From NCBI GenBank assembly GCA_040382515.1, contig JBEIFH010000033.1, positions 1-10,264 of the forward strand: a stretch of 10,264 bases of DNA, given 5' to 3'. The first letter of the stretch is position 1. Each line of letters opens with the position of its first letter. This document shows, piece by piece, positions 1 to 7,200 of the stretch. The translations under genes were made by a program, and so were the position numbers. The notes beneath the pieces are model-generated. The model saw nothing but the letters and a program-made list of their open reading frames with translations, was not told the DNA's origin and ran no database searches. The DNA is from Chlamydiia bacterium (GTDB lineage Bacteria > Chlamydiota > Chlamydiia > Chlamydiales > RGXB01).

Positions 1-2
1 GT

Positions 3-176
3 CCGATAGATTTAGTGGTAGTAGGGTCGGTGCATCGCGTTCCTTTAGGTTGGATCAAATATTTAGAAAAAAATAAATTCAAGGTCGCCTATATCTGTGG
101 AGAGGATTTTCATGTTTGTCCGTTTCATTCGTTTCAAACCCTATTTATTCGGGAATATTCCTCGTTAGGAATCTAA
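3..176 (+). CDS. 3' end of an upstream gene (partial), probably glycosyltransferase-associated hypothetical protein
   Basis: Frame 3 is open from the window edge to TAA at 174-176: PIDLVVVGSVHRVPLGWIKYLEKNKFKVAYICGEDFHVCPFHSFQTLFIREYSSLGI*. It is absent from the ORF track. The DLVVxGSVHR...CGED...FIRE pattern looks protein-like, and the strand matches the downstream cluster. Confidence 0.65.
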   Translation, partial: PIDLVVVGSVHRVPLGWIKYLEKNKFKVAYICGEDFHVCPFHSFQTLFIREYSSLGI

Positions 177-181
177 AATTT

Positions 182-190
182 TGCTATAAT
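182..190 (+). promoter_or_regulatory. Extended -10 promoter element (TGnTATAAT)
   Basis: TGCTATAAT at 182-190 is a perfect extended -10, about 44 nt upstream of ATG 234 in the intergenic gap. No good -35 is visible. Confidence 0.5.
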
Positions 191-233
191 AATCCCCTTG
201 AAGGGGCGTCTTGAGTTTCGCTAGAATAGAAAT

Positions 234-899
234 ATGACAAAATATTTACTCTCCCGTTTACCCGGCATATTGTTGGTATTCGGTTTTTTGATAATAATTC
301 ATCATTACCAACTCAGTGTTTTTCCTCTCAAAGAAAACAGCGGAGCTCCTTTTTTTCGCTCCGAGATAAAAAATTTCGATATTTTTTTGATCTCTTCTGA
401 GGAAAAACCGGTCAAAGCAGAGCTCATAGAGTCTTTGATTCATCAAAAAGGGGTGCAGGTCAAAGTCCATCTTTTGGATGCAACCGAGCATAAGGAGGTG
501 TACCCTCTTGAGAAAATACAGTACAGAAAAGTGGATCCTAAAGATGTTTTAGCAGTTTTCCACAGCATTGTCCTGGCGCTGGACCCGGCGCATGTCTTGG
601 TCTTTATTGAACCGGTCGAAAAAAATATCCACCCCTATTTGCTTTACAAAATCAGACATCTTTTTGAACACCGGGATGTCAAAGCGGTTTATACTGACAA
701 AAAAATGAAACCCACCCAGCATCGACTTGGTTGGGAAAGGGCGAATATAAAAGCATACCAAGCGAGTCTCGCCCAGCAGATAAATATGGAGAAAATAAGA
801 ACCTTTGAAGACTACCATCAAGGGATTTTATTCCTTACGGCTGAGAATTTCCTTTTTTCAACAAAAGTTCTCGACCCTGAGCCGGAGATGGAAGATTGA
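234..899 (+). CDS. Membrane-anchored, degenerate GT2-like (GT-A fold) protein
   Basis: 221-aa ORF with an N-terminal hydrophobic segment (GILLVFGFLIII). FDIFLIS...LIESLIHQK...VKVHLLDAT echoes the GT2 start (FVIVIPxYN...SxxxQxY...VIxIDDxS). VLVFIEPVEKNIHPYLL sits where LDxDD normally lies. Confidence 0.5.
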   Translation: MTKYLLSRLPGILLVFGFLIIIHHYQLSVFPLKENSGAPFFRSEIKNFDIFLISSEEKPVKAELIESLIHQKGVQVKVHLLDATEHKEVYPLEKIQYRKVDPKDVLAVFHSIVLALDPAHVLVFIEPVEKNIHPYLLYKIRHLFEHRDVKAVYTDKKMKPTQHRLGWERANIKAYQASLAQQINMEKIRTFEDYHQGILFLTAENFLFSTKVLDPEPEMED

Positions 900-930
900 T
901 CCACAATTACAAATATTTTTAGGGGAGAGG

Positions 931-2013
931 ATGCGTATAAAGAATATTGTCCATTTGTTATTCCTTTCGTTCAGTTTACCGTTGATCTCTGTTGGAGTCG
1001 ATTTTTTAGTTCCGCACAAAAAGTTTTTAGATCCAAAAGTCCTTGAACAAAAGGATCTTTTAAACCCCAAAGTTATCTCGATAGATATACCTGATTTTCC
1101 CGGGGCTTATAATCCTGCGTTGATCGAACATTTAGAGGGGTATCTCCTTTTTTTTCGTTATGATGTGCCATTAGAGCATATCTATAAAAAAACGAAGTTT
1201 CACTATATGACCTACATAGGCTTCGTCTATTTGGATTGCGATTTCAAGGTCGATTCAGAGGTGAAATTTCTCAATCTGAACAACCCCTACTGTGAAGATC
1301 CCCGTGTATTTCGGTTCGACGATAAAATAGTCGTGTTCTTCAATACAATAGAGTCGCTTGATCCCACCTCAAGGACTATGAAGATGGCTTTTATAGACCC
1401 GGACACCGGTGAGGTGGAATACGTATGTAAGTTACCTGGCAAAAGAAAGAATCTAGAGAAAAATTGGACCCCTTTTGTGCGCAATGAAGGGGGAAAATCG
1501 AGCCTCTACTTTGTGTATGACTACCATACACTGGAAGTTGTCGAATTGAACAAAATTGATGCGGTATGGCAAATCTCAAGCACGAAAACAAATCCACTCT
1601 TAGGGCCGGACTATTTGGAGTGGAAAGAAAGGTGGGGCCCCTATAGAGGGGGAGCTCCGCTGATCGAGATTGACGATGAGATTTTCTGTTTTACCCATTC
1701 TTGTTTTGAAGAGACAGTAAACATATGGGGAATAGATCGTAGAAATTACTACTACCATGCGGGGCTGTTCACCCTCTCAAGCGATTTGTCAACACCCTTG
1801 AAATTACTACCAAATCCGATTTTATATGAAGGCGCCTATGATTCACCCCGTAAAAGATCTCCGAACAAGTGGGTCATTTATCCAACCGGGGCCGTTTATA
1901 AGCCTCAAAGCGGAAAAATTTATCTCTCTTTAGGTGAAAATGATGGAAAAATTAGAATCTTGGAATTTGATAAAAATCGTTTAATCAGTCAATTGACCCC
2001 TTTTCAAAAGTAA
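931..2013 (+). CDS. Exported five-bladed beta-propeller glycoside hydrolase/phosphorylase/transferase (GH130/GT91-like), paralog 1
   Basis: Start re-assigned to ATG 931, preceded by AGGGGAGAGG at 921-930, which avoids a 95-bp overlap. Leader MRIKNIVHLLFLSFSLPLISVG. Motifs AYNP, EDPR, EKNWTPF, RGGAP, VIYPTGA, GENDGKI. Confidence 0.75.
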   Translation: MRIKNIVHLLFLSFSLPLISVGVDFLVPHKKFLDPKVLEQKDLLNPKVISIDIPDFPGAYNPALIEHLEGYLLFFRYDVPLEHIYKKTKFHYMTYIGFVYLDCDFKVDSEVKFLNLNNPYCEDPRVFRFDDKIVVFFNTIESLDPTSRTMKMAFIDPDTGEVEYVCKLPGKRKNLEKNWTPFVRNEGGKSSLYFVYDYHTLEVVELNKIDAVWQISSTKTNPLLGPDYLEWKERWGPYRGGAPLIEIDDEIFCFTHSCFEETVNIWGIDRRNYYYHAGLFTLSSDLSTPLKLLPNPILYEGAYDSPRKRSPNKWVIYPTGAVYKPQSGKIYLSLGENDGKIRILEFDKNRLISQLTPFQK

Positions 2014-2027
2014 CAAAAAGAATTTCC

Positions 2028-3152
2028 ATGCTTTTTCCCCTATTTTCCGCTTTCTTAAGCCTATCTATATCTATTGTGGGCACCATCGATAAAAGGGATG
2101 GTATCGGACGGCAGTCGATTGAACTTGGCATGGGTCTCAAAAAAGAGTTCAATGTACAGGTTGTCCCTTTTGGAACCTATGAGGACCTAACAAGGGAGGA
2201 GGAGTCGCTGCTTGAGACCGATATGAGGAACCTGCACCCCCTTGTTTTGTTGAACACCTCTTTACCGGAGGTCCCTTATATGGTCGAGGTTTTGAAGAGA
2301 TACAAAAGAGCGGATCAGAGATATGTTGTTTATACGATGCATGAATCGGACTTTGTTGATCCCCATTTTGTGAAATACTTGAATTTTTTTGATGCTGTTT
2401 TAGTCCCTGACCCCTTTTTGGTCGAGGTTTTTCAAAAGAGCGGGGTGTCTTCCCCGATTGAGGTGATCCCGCTTGCGGTAGACTTGGAAATTTTTTTATC
2501 GCAACCATTAAAAAAAAAGATCCACAAACCGTTTGTTTTTGGGAATTTTTCGAGCATAATAGCTAGAAAAGATCAGATGGTCCTTTTAAAAGCGTTTTCA
2601 GATGCATTTAAAAATAATCCGGATGTCCAGTTAATCCTGGCCCCAAGAGGGGGAGATCGCCGCTGTATTCGGGAGTTGGAGGAAGAAATTTTAAAAAATC
2701 AGTTGCAAAATGTGAAATTTAAAATTGAATCTAAGGCCAAGGGTAATTACTTAAGGGCATTTCAAGCTGTCGATTGCTACGTCTCTCCTTCATGGGGAGA
2801 GGGGTTCAGCATCCAACCAAGAGAGGCAATGGCTTTGGGGATCCCTGTTATTGTATCAGCTAATTCGGGGCAAAAAACAATAGCTGAGTCGGGGCTCGTC
2901 TTTTCTTTGAGAAAATCTTCCCCGATAAAAGCCGAATATTCCTGCATGTTAAACAGTTTTAGCATGGGAAAAATGTATCAATCGGATAGAGAAGAACTCA
3001 GCACTCTTTTGAGGGCAATTTACGACAACAAAGAGCAAATTTTAAAGGAGAATTCCCACCTTCGTGAATGGGCTTCCAGGTATGACATTCAAAAAGGTCC
3101 GTTTTTGGAACAATTTAAGGAATTTTTCATAAGGAACTATGGAGATCATTAA
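2028..3152 (+). CDS. GT4 family (GT-B fold) glycosyltransferase
   Basis: 374 aa with ARKDQ (RK motif), DCYVSPSWGEGFSIQPREAMALGIPVIVS (EX7E signature) and YTMHES. Hydrophobic N-terminus. Confidence 0.88.
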   Translation: MLFPLFSAFLSLSISIVGTIDKRDGIGRQSIELGMGLKKEFNVQVVPFGTYEDLTREEESLLETDMRNLHPLVLLNTSLPEVPYMVEVLKRYKRADQRYVVYTMHESDFVDPHFVKYLNFFDAVLVPDPFLVEVFQKSGVSSPIEVIPLAVDLEIFLSQPLKKKIHKPFVFGNFSSIIARKDQMVLLKAFSDAFKNNPDVQLILAPRGGDRRCIRELEEEILKNQLQNVKFKIESKAKGNYLRAFQAVDCYVSPSWGEGFSIQPREAMALGIPVIVSANSGQKTIAESGLVFSLRKSSPIKAEYSCMLNSFSMGKMYQSDREELSTLLRAIYDNKEQILKENSHLREWASRYDIQKGPFLEQFKEFFIRNYGDH

Positions 3153-4233
3153 GAACGCACTTCTGGCACTTTTTTTTTCTACTGGTTTTTTCCCTTTGCT
3201 TTTTTCTATCAGTATACGTTCTGATAGCCCATTTCTCACCACCAAGGACTGTTTAGAAGCCAATAGCGCGATAGGCTGGGAGGTGCATTCACTATCGATC
3301 CCTTCTTTCCCTAATGCTTACAATCCCTCTATTGTCGCATGGGAAGGGGAGTTTCTCCTTTTTTTTCGGTACGACGAAAAAAGGGAGCATTTATTCAACT
3401 CAAAGAAGATTGAAGCGCTTACCTACATCGGGGTAGCAAGGCTTAGCAAAGACCTAAAAAAAATCGGGCCGGTTAAAATCCTGAACCTCATGAGCTCCTA
3501 TGCAGAGGATCCTAGAGCTATCCTTTGGAAGGGGAAGGTGGCAATTTTTTATAATGATCTCATTTTTGGGGAATCACTTGAGAGGAAGATGAAGGTTGCC
3601 GTTCTAGACCCCAAAACGCTCAAGATAGACGCTATTTACCCCCTTCCTAGCGCTAAAAAAGGGACCGAAAAAAACTGGACCCCACTGATTTTTGAAGAAA
3701 AGGGGGACGAGTTAGGATTTGTGTACAGTTTTGATGATCTTTCCCTTTATAAAATGGACTTTATTGATGACGAGGTGACTGTGCGCTCTCTTGGGTACAA
3801 TCGGCTCAAAAATTTCCCTCTTTACTGGGCGCGCCGCTATGGTCTTTTGAGAGGTGGTGCCCCGGCATTTTTTGCAGAGAAGAGATATTGGGCTTTTTTC
3901 CACTCCATGCATAAAGTAAAAACGCCAGTAGATGCGGACAAATTTCTTAAAGAGTATTACTACCTCCCGGGGCTGGTCACCTTTGTTGTGTCCCCGTCGA
4001 TTGAGATGCTCGAAATAAGCTCGTACCCTATTTTGTACGAGGGGGCTTTTGATACTACTAAGACCCGCTGCTTCGAAAAAAATGTCATCTACCCGAGCGG
4101 ATGTGTGTATGATCCTGAATCAGGCGAAGTTATTTTAACCGTTGGAGAAAACGATAGCGGAATCAAAATTCTCAAGACAAAGTTGGATCGACTCAAAAGC
4201 TCCTTAAAAAAGGTTTCAAAGTGCGCTATTTAA
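3139..4233 (+). CDS. Exported five-bladed beta-propeller (GH130/GT91-like), paralog 2
   Basis: 364 aa with a hydrophobic leader. Shares FPxAYNP, LLFFRYD, TYIG, EDPR, EKNWTP, RGGAP, PILYEGAxD, VIYPxG and GENDxxI with 931..2013. Overlaps the GT4 stop by 14 bp. Confidence 0.78.
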   Translation: MEIIKNALLALFFSTGFFPLLFSISIRSDSPFLTTKDCLEANSAIGWEVHSLSIPSFPNAYNPSIVAWEGEFLLFFRYDEKREHLFNSKKIEALTYIGVARLSKDLKKIGPVKILNLMSSYAEDPRAILWKGKVAIFYNDLIFGESLERKMKVAVLDPKTLKIDAIYPLPSAKKGTEKNWTPLIFEEKGDELGFVYSFDDLSLYKMDFIDDEVTVRSLGYNRLKNFPLYWARRYGLLRGGAPAFFAEKRYWAFFHSMHKVKTPVDADKFLKEYYYLPGLVTFVVSPSIEMLEISSYPILYEGAFDTTKTRCFEKNVIYPSGCVYDPESGEVILTVGENDSGIKILKTKLDRLKSSLKKVSKCAI

Positions 4234-4835
4234 TATTTATATTCTTATCTGTTTTCACCTGGATCTCCCTCAATTCTGTTGAGCCAAAGACGCACAGAAT
4301 TTTGGGTTGGGTTCCTTATATGGAGGTTTTATCGAAAAATCTATCTGACAAAAATCCCCGATTTGACCGAGATATCCACCTTTTATTTGCCGATCTCATG
4401 AAGCTAAAAGTTGTAGAAAAGATTGTAGTCTATGGAAGTTCAGCACAGATGTATCCGGTTTTAGGGGCTTATTATTTGCGCTATTTTGGAAGGGGAAAAT
4501 TGTACCATCGCCCTTTTTTGGAAAAAGAACAGGAAAAAAATCTTTTGTCCCAAATACAACGTTATTTGAAAAGTTATGTCCTAGAGAAATTTGTGTCAGA
4601 GGAGAAAATGGGCCCTTTAGAGACAAATATCGAGATCGTCGTGATTGACTTTTCAAAAAAAAAGGGGGATTTTGATGCAATTTTCATGGAGTGCAAGCCC
4701 CATTTGTCTAAAAATGCCCTGTTTTGGGTACATTCAGGCAAAGGGCAGATTTTAGAGCTGGAGAAATACGGTCTAAAAAAAATAGAGATCTACTCGTTTG
4801 AGAAGGACTTTCCGGTAGCACTCTATAGCCTTTAA
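4221..4835 (+). CDS. Hypothetical exported protein, degenerate class I SAM-methyltransferase-like (Methyltransf_24-like)
   Basis: GTG start overlapping the upstream stop by 13 bp. Leader MRYLIFIFLSVFTWISLNS. Motif order KIVVYGSS / IEIVVIDFS / PHLSKNALFWVH parallels VEIGxxxG / IDxxHIDG / PxLxxGGxxxxxD. Confidence 0.5.
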   Translation: MRYLIFIFLSVFTWISLNSVEPKTHRILGWVPYMEVLSKNLSDKNPRFDRDIHLLFADLMKLKVVEKIVVYGSSAQMYPVLGAYYLRYFGRGKLYHRPFLEKEQEKNLLSQIQRYLKSYVLEKFVSEEKMGPLETNIEIVVIDFSKKKGDFDAIFMECKPHLSKNALFWVHSGKGQILELEKYGLKKIEIYSFEKDFPVALYSL

Positions 4836-4839
4836 ATCC

Positions 4840-4876
4840 AAAAAAGGCCCCTAAATTCCTCATCGTTATTTAGGGG
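4840..4876 (-). terminator. Intrinsic terminator between convergent genes (serves ugd)
   Basis: Inverted repeat CCCCTAAAT (4848-4856) / ATTTAGGGG (4868-4876) with an 11-nt loop. A6 at 4840-4845 gives a U-tract on the - strand just after the ugd stop. Confidence 0.6.
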
Positions 4877-4887
4877 AAAGAAGAGAT

Positions 4888-6294
4888 TTAAAAACGGTCT
4901 ATTTTTTTACCGATCTGGATACATTCAAAGCTAGCTTCGTTCATAATCACAGGGTCGAGGAGGTTTCTACAATCAAAAAACAGATTCCCTTTAGTCAAAA
5001 GGCGTCCTTTTGTCCAATCGAATTCAAGAAACTCTTTCCAAGGGGTAGCAAGTAAAACCGCGTCTACACCCTCTAGAGCCTCGATAAGAGATGCTTTGAC
5101 CTCAAAATTTTGGGAATCATTTCGAACATTAGTACCGGCGATAGGATCGTAGGCCTGGATAAAAGCCCCCTTTTTGATCATAATCTCCATCAACTTCAGT
5201 GCTGGGGATGCGCGCACATCGTCGGTTTCTTCTTTGAAAGCAAGACCAAGCAAAGCGATTTTTTTCCCTTCAAAACTGCCTAGCATTGTTTCCAGACGAT
5301 CCACTATTTTTGAGGGGCGGAAGTCATTTACATCAACAGCCGCTTGAATTACATTGAGCGAGGTTCCGTTTTTTTCTGCAGCTTTTAAAAATGCAAGGGT
5401 GTCTTTAGGAAAGCAAGATCCGCCAAATCCTGGACCCGGTTTCAGGAACTGCGCACCTATCCGTTTGTCAAGTCCGATACCCATCGCGACTTCATCCACA
5501 TCTGCCCCAACCAATTCGCAAAAATCTGCGATTTCGTTGATAAATGAGATTTTGACCGATAAAAAAGAATTAGAAGCGTATTTTATCATCTCAGCCGATG
5601 CGATGGAGGTAGAGAGAAATTTAGCCCCTTTTTGGAGAATAGGAGCGACTATTTTTTTAAACAAGGATGCAGTATCGGAATTTTCGGCGCCAATGACTAC
5701 CCTGTCCGGATTCATGAAATCATAGACCGAGGAGCCTTCACGCAAAAATTCGGGCGCATACCCTATTTCAAAAGGGGTATTGAAATGATTATGGTTAGTG
5801 ATAATCTCTTTGATCTTTTGGACACTCCCCATAGGAACGGTGCTTTTGACAAAAATAGTTTTAGGATTGTTTAGATTTTTTCCAATTGTCTGAGCAGTGT
5901 CAAAAACAAAATCAAGGTTGGCCTCCCCGTTAAATGACTCAGGGGTTCCGACCGTAATAAAAATGATGTCATTGGACTGTATTGCTTTGGCGACTTCGGT
6001 GGTGAAAAAGAGTCTGTTTTGATGCAGGTTTTTAGTGACCAACTCCTCCAAACCATGTTCGTAAATAGGTATCAAACCATTGTTCAAAGAATGAATTTTT
6101 CGGGTATCAAGATCACAACAGGTAACCGTATGGCCAATTTCTGCCAAACAAGTTCCAAGAACCAACCCCACGTACCCTGTTCCTACGACACCGATTTTAT
6201 AAGAATGAGTGTCAGATGCAAACCCTTTTGATGTAAGTATTGTAGTAAAAAAAACAAAAAAGCAAAAAAAGCGAGAATAAAATAGAATGTGCAT
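4888..6294 (-). CDS. ugd: UDP-glucose/GDP-mannose 6-dehydrogenase family protein with N-terminal signal-like extension
   Basis: GTGYVG Rossmann motif, KSTVP, PEFLREG, KYASNSFL (catalytic Lys), GPGFGGSCFPKD (catalytic Cys) and GLAFKEETDDVRASP. AAGGA lies 7 nt upstream of ATG 6294. Confidence 0.95.
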   Translation of the reverse strand: MHILFYSRFFCFFVFFTTILTSKGFASDTHSYKIGVVGTGYVGLVLGTCLAEIGHTVTCCDLDTRKIHSLNNGLIPIYEHGLEELVTKNLHQNRLFFTTEVAKAIQSNDIIFITVGTPESFNGEANLDFVFDTAQTIGKNLNNPKTIFVKSTVPMGSVQKIKEIITNHNHFNTPFEIGYAPEFLREGSSVYDFMNPDRVVIGAENSDTASLFKKIVAPILQKGAKFLSTSIASAEMIKYASNSFLSVKISFINEIADFCELVGADVDEVAMGIGLDKRIGAQFLKPGPGFGGSCFPKDTLAFLKAAEKNGTSLNVIQAAVDVNDFRPSKIVDRLETMLGSFEGKKIALLGLAFKEETDDVRASPALKLMEIMIKKGAFIQAYDPIAGTNVRNDSQNFEVKASLIEALEGVDAVLLATPWKEFLEFDWTKGRLLTKGNLFFDCRNLLDPVIMNEASFECIQIGKKIDRF

Positions 6295-6393
6295 GAGGAA
6301 ATCCTTAGCAGTTAATCGATTTGATGATAGTCTAAAACAATCTTAAATTTAAAACATTTTAGCCATTTTAATTAAATAAGTTTTGAATCTGCT
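6295..6393. promoter_or_regulatory. Divergent AT-rich promoter region between ugd and the GT31-like pair
   Basis: 99-bp intergenic gap between divergent starts. Candidate + strand TTGATG(6321-6326)-N17-TAAATT(6344-6349). Confidence 0.4.
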
Positions 6394-7200
6394 GTGAATT
6401 TAATCTCTCGATTATTAATTTTTATCCTTTTGAAATGGAATCTTTGTGCAGAGACTACCTCTGACAGCCCCATAGCAAAGAAAAATCTTGTTCTCATCAT
6501 ATCGAGCAGTCAATTGCCCGTTTTTAATGTACATAAAGCCTCATGGAGAAAATATATGCACAAATTCTCCACTGATTTTGAGTGCTACTTCATAGAATTT
6601 GATCCTGAACTGGAACAGGACTATTTTGTAGATGGGGATATTTTAAAAATCCGGGGCGTGGAGTCTTATATTCCAGGAATTTTCGACAAGACAATACTAG
6701 CACTTGCGTACTTTGAAAAAAGATTTTCTGAATTCGCCTTCATCATTAGGCCGAATCTATCTTCTTTTATCTATTTTCCGGCTTTAAAGAGGTTCCTCGA
6801 GAGTCAAAATAAAGAGCGATTTTACTCCGGAAATCGCTCACTATATCAAAATTACGAAAATAATGAGGGAGACCATCTGATTTTTGGGCATGGAGCCTGT
6901 GTAGTGTTCTCAAGAGATCTAGCAAATACGCTCTTAGAAAAAAAGGGTCAGTATATGCAATTGCCTTACTCCAAATTTCATGCGGACGACCTTCTTTTTG
7001 GGTTAATTTTCAAAAAGGAGGGGATACCATTCGTCCCATTCCAAAGCTTTTATATTGAAAAAAACATAGACCCATACAAGATTTTTGGATGTATACCAAA
7101 AGATACATTTCATTTTAGGGTGAAAGTCTCTACAGGTGAGGATCGGCTTTTTAAAGAGAAGGTGATACATAATAAATTGTATGAAATCTATTATGAATAA
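6394..7200 (+). CDS. GT31/Fringe-like (GT-A) glycosyltransferase, paralog 1
   Basis: GTG start and leader MNLISRLLIFILLKWNLCA. Motifs ESY...KTILAL, FIIRPNLSSF, FYSG, GHGACVVFSRDLA and DDLLFG follow the GT31 order K(T)...KxDDD...YxG...SGxGyxxSxD...EDvxxG. Confidence 0.62.
   Translation: MNLISRLLIFILLKWNLCAETTSDSPIAKKNLVLIISSSQLPVFNVHKASWRKYMHKFSTDFECYFIEFDPELEQDYFVDGDILKIRGVESYIPGIFDKTILALAYFEKRFSEFAFIIRPNLSSFIYFPALKRFLESQNKERFYSGNRSLYQNYENNEGDHLIFGHGACVVFSRDLANTLLEKKGQYMQLPYSKFHADDLLFGLIFKKEGIPFVPFQSFYIEKNIDPYKIFGCIPKDTFHFRVKVSTGEDRLFKEKVIHNKLYEIYYE

Noticed and set aside
1..80. tRNA-like TAGTGGTAG near the window start
   Set aside because: There is no T-arm GTTCRA or acceptor stem, and the region reads as an open coding frame.
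805..930. TTG 805 start for the first propeller gene
   Set aside because: It overlaps the upstream gene by 95 bp. ATG 931 has a purine-rich RBS, exposes a signal peptide and matches the paralog's length.
258..6231. Short antisense/alternate-frame ORFs in the track (e.g. 258..491, 549..821, 2149..2508, 4396..4680, 5354..5725, 5632..5874)
   Set aside because: All lie within longer motif-bearing genes and have no recognisable motifs, so they are treated as shadow ORFs.
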